Part shown: in pieces, positions 37,476 through 46,700 of the stretch | How positions within the stretch are numbered: position 1 is the first letter of the stretch | Layout of the letters: every line of letters begins with the position of its first letter | From: Clostridia bacterium | GTDB lineage: Bacteria > Bacillota > Clostridia > Oscillospirales > CAG-272 | DNA: 64,000 bases | Assembly (NCBI GenBank): GCA_017468385.1 | Contig: JAFUIQ010000032.1 | Coordinates: forward strand, 71,272-135,271 | Direction of reading: 5' to 3' | Notes under the pieces: generated by a model | Seen by the model: the letters and a program-made list of their open reading frames with translations, nothing else | Told to the model about the DNA's origin: nothing | The model's database searches: none | Made by a program: the position numbers and the translations under genes

Positions 37476-38558
37476 TTATTGTTTATCGCATATTTTTATT
37501 CCTAATTTAAGAGCACAACTACGGCATTCATTTTGATTACAATCACTACATTGAGCTTGTTGCTCTGCAATAAACGCATTAAACTGTTCGGAATTCCATG
37601 CTTCCAAAATGCTATTTTTATTCAAATCTACTCGATACTTATCTTCCATCCACCCAAAAGAACAAGGATAGGCTTGATTTTCGCAATCTATATACATAGA
37701 GAATCTTGCTGATTCACAATACTCCAATGATTCTTCCGCAATCATTTTCCCATACACTTTTAGAGCAGGAGTCTGACACGAATCAAATCCAACTTTGAAT
37801 TTATAGTTTCTACTACTTACCAAATGTATAAACTGTTTGTATAACGTATCGTTTATCGTTGGCATTTTAAAAAATTCACCTTGTCCCACAGGCTTATATA
37901 ACAAAAAGACGCATGCATTTATACCTTGTGGAAAAAGATTATTTTCTAACCGATAAATTATTTCATCAATATTTTGTTTCGAAATTACATAATGAATATT
38001 TGTAGTACATCCTGCCTCAATCAAACGTTGTATTGCTTGTATTGTTGTATTATTTGATTCTTGTCCATCTCTACACAATTTGGAATAAAACGATACCGCC
38101 ACCGCTCCGCAATATTTTTTCATTAAACTAATTTCATCATCTGTTAATTGATATCCGCTTGTCGTTAAATTAGGAACTATACGATTACTTCGTGTTGTTT
38201 CAAGAATATCCTCAAATCTTTCATGTTTATTAGGATCACCAGCCCCACCCAATGCAACTTGAAATGTTTTTCCTTTGCTTTGATCAATTATTCTTTTATA
38301 AGTGTCAAACGACATATTAGCACGCTTTCGTTCTGAAGCATTTTGATAGCAGTCTACACCAGCAACTTTACACATTCCGTTATCACAAGCAGTACAAGTG
38401 CCCATAATACCTATATCGATAAGTTCCGGATATGAGCGTCTTAGAGGAGAAATAGATGTCTCTTCTCCGCTTTCTATAATATTGCTCCTCATTAGAAATC
38501 CAGTGTCTTCGTTAAACCATTCAACAAATTTATATTGTTTATCCTTGTAAATAATCAT
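37476..38558 (-). CDS. Radical-SAM-fold / SPASM-like enzyme with a non-canonical N-terminal Cys motif
   Basis: GGEP-like ALGGAGDP motif, TSG block (NLTTSGYQL), AVSFYS, and a C-terminal Cys cluster (CESARF..DCENQAYPCSF...CSDCNQNECRSCALKLGIKIC). The N-terminal cluster reads CTACDNGMC. ATG 38558 is 1 nt after the upstream stop. The ORF-track start at 38606 is a TTG. Confidence 0.65.
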   Translation of the reverse strand: MIIYKDKQYKFVEWFNEDTGFLMRSNIIESGEETSISPLRRSYPELIDIGIMGTCTACDNGMCKVAGVDCYQNASERKRANMSFDTYKRIIDQSKGKTFQVALGGAGDPNKHERFEDILETTRSNRIVPNLTTSGYQLTDDEISLMKKYCGAVAVSFYSKLCRDGQESNNTTIQAIQRLIEAGCTTNIHYVISKQNIDEIIYRLENNLFPQGINACVFLLYKPVGQGEFFKMPTINDTLYKQFIHLVSSRNYKFKVGFDSCQTPALKVYGKMIAEESLEYCESARFSMYIDCENQAYPCSFGWMEDKYRVDLNKNSILEAWNSEQFNAFIAEQQAQCSDCNQNECRSCALKLGIKICDKQ

Positions 38559-38559
38559 G

Positions 38560-38967
38560 TTACCACACGCAATTCTTCCCGTCCATGTAAAAATCTTTTT
38601 TATCAATAATAAAGCAATCTGTAGTCATAAATGATGCAAGACATTCATCATCAGAACTTGTATAACCGATGTATGTATGAAATCCTTTTTCAGTTAGTTT
38701 GCGATATTTTTCGGCGCTTTTCTCACCAAATATTTTTAAAATGTTTTCATAGTTGATTTCGTCAACATCAAACCACCGAACCCCTCGACTTGTTCCGAAG
38801 ATAATTTGATCGGATAAGTCATCTCCCAATGGACGAAAAATGGCATTGCTTTTGAATCCTAACTTTTTTGATAAGTATTCCAGAGTTAATTCCTTTTTAC
38901 ATATAATCATAAAATTAGTTGAAGAACTGTTTGTTACAAAACCATCTCTAATCTTCATTTCTATCAT
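38560..38967 (-). CDS. Hypothetical protein (about 135 aa)
   Basis: Tightly coupled inside the NTPase/radical-SAM operon. It has an N-terminal DGFVTNSSSTNF motif and no assignable domain. Confidence 0.6.
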   Translation of the reverse strand: MIEMKIRDGFVTNSSSTNFMIICKKELTLEYLSKKLGFKSNAIFRPLGDDLSDQIIFGTSRGVRWFDVDEINYENILKIFGEKSAEKYRKLTEKGFHTYIGYTSSDDECLASFMTTDCFIIDKKDFYMDGKNCVW

Positions 38968-39325
38968 CACCCAACCATTTTTCTATAATTTCTCGCATAT
39001 CATCATGCTCTAAAAAATCCTTTATATTAGTATCAGGAGTAGATGATAAGTCTTTACAAAATAGACGCCATGAAGCCATTTTTTTTGCTTCACCCTCAAA
39101 CATATTGTATTTACTTACAAGGAATTCTTCAAATGAACCAAACTCCTTTCTATAATACATAAAGTATTCAGCAAAAAGGTTATTCGATCCACCACAAAAA
39201 TAATCGTACATCCGTTTAACAATACTTCCTGCATAACTATTCTTTTTAACCCCCAAAAAGTGGTAAACCCCTACTGAAGATGTATTAAAACTTTTTTTAT
39301 AAAAATATAGAGTGCCTATGTTCAT
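38948..39325 (-). CDS. Hypothetical protein (about 125 aa)
   Basis: Sits between the NTPase and the next small gene. ATG 39325, with TTG 39346 as an alternative. No assignable domain. Confidence 0.55.
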   Translation of the reverse strand: MNIGTLYFYKKSFNTSSVGVYHFLGVKKNSYAGSIVKRMYDYFCGGSNNLFAEYFMYYRKEFGSFEEFLVSKYNMFEGEAKKMASWRLFCKDLSSTPDTNIKDFLEHDDMREIIEKWLGDDRNED

Positions 39326-39338
39326 TCTTTCACTTCTT

Positions 39339-41621
39339 TCAGTCAAATTGTTTTAGAAAACCCTTAATACTATAAACACCATTCGTTGACGTTCTATTTT
39401 TGCGTTGTTTTAAATTACCGACCTTGTCTCTTAGTGTTCTACACTTTGATTTACAAATGATAAAATCATATAATGAATCTTGAAACTCTATAGGTAATCC
39501 CGCCTTCGTCCAATACCATTCGGTGAATTCATATGAGAAAATCAATAGCAAAATCATCCTTATATTATCCGAAATAATCCCCCTCCTTGAATGACACATA
39601 TCAATTTTATTATACAAGATCTCAATTAATTTTGGACGATCATGATAATACTTTTCTTGTTTGACAAGTTCAACTATCAAGGCCGAAAGTATCTCATCGT
39701 CAGTTACGCTAAAAATAATATCCAAATATTGGTGTAGGTCTGGTTTTTCATTGGCTATTTCGTTGTTGAGTAAGAAAAAGAATACTTGGACATTGCTACG
39801 GATTGATTCTTTGATTGCATCATGAACGTAAGTTCTCTCGTATTCTTCGAGGTTATTTCCGCTCATATAAATTAGTGTTAATCCAAAATCATCGAAGTAA
39901 TAAGTCTTTTCTCGCTCATATCGAGTCATCCGGTTGTAATTTTGAATATCATCCTTCCCATACACAACAAGTATTTTTTCTGATAAATCAAAACGAGTAT
40001 TCTTCTTAAAATAGTAATATCCATATTTTAGCACACCTTCAAGTGGGGCTATATGGTTTTCACTCATATGTGTAATAACGCTAAAATACGGAGTAAATTT
40101 GTTATCGCCGATATCTTCGCATCGAATAATAAGTTCTCTTGCAATACAAAAATCCCTAAACTCATCAAAAATAAAATAGAGAAATTCATTTGTTCTTTCA
40201 GAAAGTCCGTTCCCCAATTTTATTGTTTTATTAATCAATAGATTATTATCCAACATATCAAATAATGCTCTTTTTTCTGAGTCAGATAAATATAATTCAC
40301 TTATATCAATTTTGTCATAGCATTGATTATCAATCATTATTGATGAGATTTGTTTGATTATTCTTTGAACATCTATCTCCGTATGTTCTGAAGCTACTTT
40401 TTCGATATATTGTTTATATATTTCTGCATTCTGGAACTCTAAATTCTCGTGAGGTCTACCACAATTTACCTCGAAAAAGATTTTCATAAGAAACAATGAT
40501 TTGTTTATTTTATTTTTAACGTTTGAGGAGAACTGAATTGGTACGTTATAATAATTACTATATTTCGTAAAAAATTTTGTTATTGCGCGAGAATCATAGT
40601 CCGCGGTATTCAACTGAATGATATGTGGATGTATTTCGCTTGCATCAAACAACTTCTTATATCGACAATCAAAATATTCGCTTCTACAAGATAGAATTAT
40701 TTTAACTCTATTGTATCTATCAAAAAAATCAAAAACCTTTCCTATTGACTTCAAAAATTCGCTTGAATCATTTTCATTGATTGCATCAATTATTACGAAA
40801 ATGTGTTTTTGGCTAAACTGAAGGATAATATTTACAATCCAAAGAAATACTCTTGGATGTTTTCTTACTTTCCACATTAATGGAAGCTTATTCAAAACAT
40901 AGTCTATTACATTGCCATCTATATCTCTTGAATTAATGAGCAAACAGGGATAATTATTTCTCATAGCAGTTTCCGTCGCACGGCAAAGCAAGCTGGTTTT
41001 TCCGTTTCCGGCACTTCCTACGATGATTAGATTTTTACATTCTATTTTAGAACAACATGAAAGCAAATCATCGATGACATTTATGCAATCGTAAGTTAAG
41101 TTTTGTGCAATATAATAAAACTCCCCTAATTCCTCTCGTTTTATCTTTCGATCATCTTTAAATTCTCGTAAAACATTATTTGTTTCTACCAATATTTTCT
41201 TCAAAGTGGTGAATTTAGAGAGATAGGATATTTTGTAATATATCTTGTTTTGATAAGTTTGCTTTAATTGTGCTCCTACATACCCTTTAAACAATAAGTT
41301 ATATCTTCTAATAATTCTCCATTTCCAACAATATGAGAATATGAAATATCTCAAATACTCCATATTATCATTTAGTTCAACATAGAGATCGGGAGCATAT
41401 TTTTTCACTCTAATAAAATCATCTATTTGCTTTTGACTAATCTTATTTACCTTTTTCTTAAACAGAATGATGCATGTAAAAAAAACTATTATGAACACTC
41501 CGAAAGTTAATATGCTCCATAGCGTCTGTCCTTTACCGATACAATTGAGCAATTCATCAAAGCTGAAAATACTATTTTGGGATTGCACTGCTTGTGTATT
41601 TGTAACAGAAGTTTCCGTCAT
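39339..41621 (-). CDS. Membrane-anchored STAND/NACHT-like P-loop NTPase
   Basis: 760 aa with an N-terminal TM helix (LWSILTFGVFIIVFFTCIILF). Walker A is IIVGSAGNGKTS and Walker B is IFVIIDAINE. A long helical C-terminal region follows. The gene is AT-rich. Confidence 0.75.
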   Translation of the reverse strand: MTETSVTNTQAVQSQNSIFSFDELLNCIGKGQTLWSILTFGVFIIVFFTCIILFKKKVNKISQKQIDDFIRVKKYAPDLYVELNDNMEYLRYFIFSYCWKWRIIRRYNLLFKGYVGAQLKQTYQNKIYYKISYLSKFTTLKKILVETNNVLREFKDDRKIKREELGEFYYIAQNLTYDCINVIDDLLSCCSKIECKNLIIVGSAGNGKTSLLCRATETAMRNNYPCLLINSRDIDGNVIDYVLNKLPLMWKVRKHPRVFLWIVNIILQFSQKHIFVIIDAINENDSSEFLKSIGKVFDFFDRYNRVKIILSCRSEYFDCRYKKLFDASEIHPHIIQLNTADYDSRAITKFFTKYSNYYNVPIQFSSNVKNKINKSLFLMKIFFEVNCGRPHENLEFQNAEIYKQYIEKVASEHTEIDVQRIIKQISSIMIDNQCYDKIDISELYLSDSEKRALFDMLDNNLLINKTIKLGNGLSERTNEFLYFIFDEFRDFCIARELIIRCEDIGDNKFTPYFSVITHMSENHIAPLEGVLKYGYYYFKKNTRFDLSEKILVVYGKDDIQNYNRMTRYEREKTYYFDDFGLTLIYMSGNNLEEYERTYVHDAIKESIRSNVQVFFFLLNNEIANEKPDLHQYLDIIFSVTDDEILSALIVELVKQEKYYHDRPKLIEILYNKIDMCHSRRGIISDNIRMILLLIFSYEFTEWYWTKAGLPIEFQDSLYDFIICKSKCRTLRDKVGNLKQRKNRTSTNGVYSIKGFLKQFD

Positions 41622-41678
41622 TTTTGTTACCCTTTCATTTTTCTGTTGCTTTTCAATGATACTCTGGCATAGACATTA

Positions 41679-41707
41679 TATATATATTATCTAAGTGTAT
41701 TGTTCAA
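41679..41707 (-). promoter_or_regulatory. Candidate promoter of the NTPase/radical-SAM operon
   Basis: On the minus strand, TTGAAC (41707-41702), 17 bp spacer, TATATA (41684-41679), about 55 bp upstream of ATG 41621. Confidence 0.4.
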
Positions 41708-42769
41708 ATACTTCATCAGCTGCACGGTTGCTTTACTCCGCCCTTGGACGCTTATAAGACCATTTTCTTTAAGTTCCTTCAGCGGATATTGCTCGACAGG
41801 GTATTTCTCAATCAATTTAAGTTTCATATAGCGGATGTCTGGATCTTTCGCCAGCTCCTTATAATACGGATAATCGTCGGTAGAACGGTTACCGTAAAGA
41901 TCCGCACCAACAACCTCGCATTTGAACATAATCGACTTGTATTTCTCTCCAACGTATATGTAAACCGTATCTCCCACGGTTGTGTTGGTAGATTGACTCC
42001 ATTCGATTACATCGAGGTGGTCAAACGCAGCGACTATATCGTAATATTTCGGGTTGCAAGGAATAATCCACACATCATCAAGGCGCGAGGTTACCTTCCA
42101 ACCTTCTTCCTTGGCACGGAGCTCGTTAAGCCATACGCCGTTATACTTGAAATATCGAGGTCCGGCAACGCCCCATTTGCTTCCTGTAAGCTCGGTTGCG
42201 AGGGCGGAAAGGGATAATCTGCGCCCCTGATAGTCAACCGTTTTATCATCCACTACAGTACATTGTGCGCCAGAGTTAGCGTTGCCCTGATGAATAAACG
42301 TAATCGTTGCACCAACAGGGATTTTGCACTTGGAGAAGGCAAACGGAGAAAGACGCTCAATGTGTTCTTCCTCAATCTCCTGTGCCAAATTCTCGCTCTT
42401 TTTCTCCTCCGTGGTCGGCTCATACAGATGAAGCCTGTCCTTGCGCCCGCCGAGAATAGCAATCGTTTCAAGGATAGAATACGCCTGTTCCTTCGACATC
42501 GCATAGAACTCACGAACACGCTTTTTGCCGTCCACTTCGTCGATAGAACGCAGATTCGGATTGAGCTGGTCAATCAGCGCGTGAAGCTTCAAATCGGTCA
42601 AACGCTCCTCGACCTCGTATGTAGCGTAAATTCGGAAAGCAAAAGGTATGCACTCGCTGTTATTCAGTTGTTTCAACCGCGATTCCACGTTATCTGCATA
42701 ACCGATCTTTACATATTGAGGGAAAGACGGGTTTGTAAGAATGTAAATTACACCTTTATTTTGATTCAT
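41687..42769 (-). CDS. T5orf172/GIY-YIG-like nuclease domain protein with a central DUF4357-like region and a C-terminal PUA-like (EVE/ASCH-type) domain
   Basis: The N-terminal GVIYILTNPSFPQYVKIGYADNVESRLKQLN...REFY fits the T5orf172 pattern. The C-terminal WIIPCNPKYYD...VGDTVYIYVG is PUA-like. 4-nt overlap with the upstream gene. Confidence 0.65.
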   Translation of the reverse strand: MNQNKGVIYILTNPSFPQYVKIGYADNVESRLKQLNNSECIPFAFRIYATYEVEERLTDLKLHALIDQLNPNLRSIDEVDGKKRVREFYAMSKEQAYSILETIAILGGRKDRLHLYEPTTEEKKSENLAQEIEEEHIERLSPFAFSKCKIPVGATITFIHQGNANSGAQCTVVDDKTVDYQGRRLSLSALATELTGSKWGVAGPRYFKYNGVWLNELRAKEEGWKVTSRLDDVWIIPCNPKYYDIVAAFDHLDVIEWSQSTNTTVGDTVYIYVGEKYKSIMFKCEVVGADLYGNRSTDDYPYYKELAKDPDIRYMKLKLIEKYPVEQYPLKELKENGLISVQGRSKATVQLMKYLNNTLR

Positions 42770-43419
42770 AGAGAATGCACTTCGCTTTCACATGTATTTT
42801 CGTCTGTTACATTTAGCATCTCTTCAAACATCATATCGCGATCCTCTTTTGGAAGGCTGTCTATGTATTTATCCCAATCCAAAATAGAGTAATTAAAAAA
42901 CGTGAACTTTTCCTTGTTCTTATTGTAATAGGACTCTGATGCCAAACAAAGTATCATGCAAAGTCTTCTGACATTGACGCGATATTCACGATGCTCTACG
43001 CCATTATTATCAATGGTTAAGGAGCCTGCTTCTCCACCGTATATTTTATATGGTTTCTCGGTCTCGACAACAATTTTGAAGTGTTCGATTGGACACTCTT
43101 TTTTATTGCGCTTTTTGTATTCATCATTATCCAGGTTGGGATTTCCTTGATGGAACAGCGAACTTCTGAAATTATATACAATTTCACCGCTCAAATAAGG
43201 CATATCTGGCACTCCGTCAATAGACGGAGATTTTTCATATTGTCCGATATACTCATCATACCAGAGCTTATAACGGCTTGTGGATCCTTTATCTGGATAT
43301 TCAGCTTTGCCGCATATATCAGGAAGAGTAAGTGCCAGTGATAGCGCAGCAAAATATAAATTATGAGATAAAGCTTCGTTGATTTCTGCAATAAGTTGGT
43401 TTATCAAAGGCACACACAT
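42766..43419 (-). CDS. Hypothetical protein (217 aa)
   Basis: Operon-internal, with only a 2-nt gap to the upstream gene. No domain recognised (AALSLALTLPDICG N-terminal motif). Confidence 0.6.
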   Translation of the reverse strand: MCVPLINQLIAEINEALSHNLYFAALSLALTLPDICGKAEYPDKGSTSRYKLWYDEYIGQYEKSPSIDGVPDMPYLSGEIVYNFRSSLFHQGNPNLDNDEYKKRNKKECPIEHFKIVVETEKPYKIYGGEAGSLTIDNNGVEHREYRVNVRRLCMILCLASESYYNKNKEKFTFFNYSILDWDKYIDSLPKEDRDMMFEEMLNVTDENTCESEVHSL

Positions 43420-43421
43420 CC

Positions 43422-43766
43422 TTACTTCACGTGGTTTACCAGGTATTCTACAAATAAAATATCATCGGCAGTCAAACGCTGAGCATAATCCTTTACCTTT
43501 TCTACAATTATTTTTGCCCCTTGCATCTGCAAAAAGTTCTCAGCATTAACGTAGGATTGCTCAAATGTTGTCGGTTGAGCAGTATTCACAGTATTCCAAA
43601 CAAGAGTTTCAACAAGATACTTATTCATCAGATTGCGAATATGCTCTTGCATTTGAGAATATTGCTGTGTAGCATGGTAATGTCGGAGGAGGATTACATC
43701 GTCGATGTAATCCTTAACCTCTTGGACATCCTTGTATTTTTCGTATATCTTCAAATAGTCTGTCAT
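43422..43766 (-). CDS. Hypothetical protein (114 aa)
   Basis: Operon-internal, with a 2-nt gap to the helicase-MTase stop. No domain recognised. Confidence 0.55.
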   Translation of the reverse strand: MTDYLKIYEKYKDVQEVKDYIDDVILLRHYHATQQYSQMQEHIRNLMNKYLVETLVWNTVNTAQPTTFEQSYVNAENFLQMQGAKIIVEKVKDYAQRLTADDILFVEYLVNHVK

Positions 43767-43768
43767 TT

Positions 43769-46700
43769 TTACTCCATCTCCTTAACCATTGACTCAATAA
43801 ATGCAATTTCTTCTGCGGTTAAGTTATACTTAGCATACAGTTGTGCATCAATCTCGCTTATCGTTTTGCTCCAATCAATATCAGAAGCTGCGGTGAAGTC
43901 TTGCATAGGAACATATTCCCATGTTGCCTTGGGATTGTGCTGTGTTACCTTCTTCACGCCCAACAATGCGCGTGCAAACTTCGTTTTGATATACTTTCTC
44001 AAGCATTCTGCTTCAGCTTCCGTTGCGAACAAACCCATGCTAATGAATGTATCAGCAGAACCTTCTCCGGGCGCCGCGATAAGGGGTGCAACTAATGTTT
44101 CAAATGCTCCGCTTCCATTAGACTCGGGAATCATAACATTGAATGTATCGAGATAGGAGTTGTCCTGTAAATATTCTCTGCGAATATATTTGAACTCACG
44201 ACCGGCTTTGGTTTTGGCAAGGAATTTTACGCATGCCGTGCCTGTTCCGGGTGCATCCATAAATACGGTTGGAAGCGAATCGACAATCTTGGATATAATT
44301 TTAGCACCAGTTCCGTTGCCCGAAAGTGTTTCAACCTCGGGATGATCTACGAACAGTTTATCGGAGAAACGATAAATGCCTTGAGAGGAAATAATAGAAT
44401 CCAATTTTACTTTTCCTTCTTCTGCGGTGCTTACTTTTTTCAAGATGCTATTCAATTCCGTATAGGCAGTAAATACGCCAATCTTACCGCACTTCTTTTT
44501 AGAATCACGCATTGATATGGCTACGCCACCTTTGATTTCAGCATTCGAGAAAATGGTGGATGCATCGGGTTCATACATCATAACTTTGAAATGCTCATCA
44601 TTAAGCATTTTTCTGTTCCAATCCTTAGCGGTCTGACCTGCTTCAAACAAGAAGCGCGCCGGGGTTATTAAAACAGCCTGCTGAGAGATTGTATAAGATA
44701 TATCCATAAAGGAATCGTAAATTGGCAATTTGCGTCCGTTGTTGAATCCTTCCTCCTGATAGGGGGGATTGCCTACTGCAATATCAAAATTCACTATCTC
44801 ATCTCCTTCTGTAATTTCATCGTTCATTCTAATACTATCAAACGGTTTGTTCTGCCTTAACAAGGCTACTATCTTCGTATAGTCGATATCTCCGTCCTCG
44901 TCCTTAACCTCCAAAAGGTTGTAGGAGGTGAACTTGGAAGCGATATTATCCACGTTCAAGCCCAAAATCTCGTATATCATACGGGTAAACTCGTAGGTGA
45001 TGCCTGACGTGGGAATGGTGTAAATTGCATCCTTCAATGCTTCTTTATCATAGCCCAACGCGATATACTTTTCAAACACGGCAAGGGCGAATTCGCCTGC
45101 CTTGCCTGCGATATCAAGCACCTTGTTTCCACTATCGATTACGGCTCTCAAATCGGCATCGTCAATCATATCGATCATATCCTTGCAGATATGTTTCGGT
45201 GTGATAACCTCGGATTCTCCGAGCTTTCCAAATTTCTGAACGGATACGGATGCACGCTTAATTGGTTCAACGCTATCGTCGTGCGAAAGTTGATTGAGAT
45301 TGTGGATTTTATAATCCAAACGGCTGAGAACAAACTTGTCAGCGTGTGCCAACATTCCTTCAAGCACAACCTTGCTTATGCCGAGGTTTCTTGCAATACG
45401 GGCGTTATTCGGCTCGTCGATGCAGTCAATAATATCGCTGAGAGAAATAACCGTGTTCTTGGTAAGGAATGCAAAGAACAGAATTCTCGCATAGTAAGAT
45501 CTGAACTGCTTTACGGCATCCTTGGTTTTTTCTTCTGCCTGTGTTGTGTCGGCAGGTTCGCCGGTCGGCGTATCCGTTTCTGTGGTCGTGTCTGTTCCTC
45601 CTGTGGTATCGGCCTGCTCGGTATCATCGGGCGTGTCCAGGTAATCGCCATCACCGTCTGCGCCCTTGATGGTGAGACCTGCTTTCGAGCCAAGTTCGTT
45701 TTCACGCTCAATGGCTGCACGAATAGCTGCAATATCAAGCAAGGACATATCTACGGGGATTTCAACGGTTTCTTCCGCTACTCCGCGCGATTTGGAGTAT
45801 TCGCTAACAGTTTTCAGTATATCCGTTGCCGTGATCTGAACAATCTTGTCCTTGTTCATCACGATAACGGGAGAGATACGCAGTTCTTCCTCAATACGCT
45901 CACGGAGCTTGCTGTTTCCAGCTTCATCAGTATTGACATTATAGACCTGTGCCTTTTGCTCTTGCATAACGAAAACACGGTCGGGATCAAAGTCAACGAG
46001 AAGAGTTTGAGGCTTCATATTGAACTTGATCGTTTCGCCGTTTTCATCCACAAAGGTCTTTATGTACTGATTCTGCAAACGGAATACTGCCTGATCGTAT
46101 TCCTGCGGAGAGGATGTATCTTTGAGGAACAGCATAGTATCCCATTCGGGAACAGTACTACCTGTCAGCATGCGGTTGACCGTCAATGTAATGGTTTTCT
46201 TTCCTTGTGCTTCGCAGGTGCTGATTGCTTTCTTGATATCACTCGGTTTCTTGTATCTGTTAGGATTGTCCACGCCGGAGATGTTGATAATCTCGTAGTC
46301 GTTCAGATTCTTGAATTTATCGGCGTTGCCTCTGATCAATGCTTCCATTGCATCGCAAGAAGCACAGTACGGCAAAACAATAACGATATGGCGACACATT
46401 TTGCCGTCCTTGATTTTATCGTAATCAAGGAATCCGAGCAGTTCCTCATCCTCCTTGCTTCCATCAATAACTTCAAGCAGTTCAAGGATTTCCTGTTCGT
46501 GAACGAACAGCTTGTGGCTTCCGTCATCGGCTCTGCCAACGGATTTTGGCTTGAAGAGCGCGGAGAAAGCATCCGACATACCGCTTTCACGCAAAGCTGC
46601 CATGCGCTTGCGCGCGGACTCATTCGGATTGAATGCAAATCTTATCATCTGAGGGAAACCGAAATAAGGATTTTCCCATTCTTCCTTCGGCTCGTCCTTG

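Noticed and set aside
38559-38606. Longer N-terminus for the radical-SAM-like protein (ORF-track start 38606).
   Set aside because: That codon is a TTG and would overlap the upstream gene by 47 nt. ATG 38558 sits 1 nt after the upstream stop, which fits translational coupling. The longer form cannot be fully excluded.
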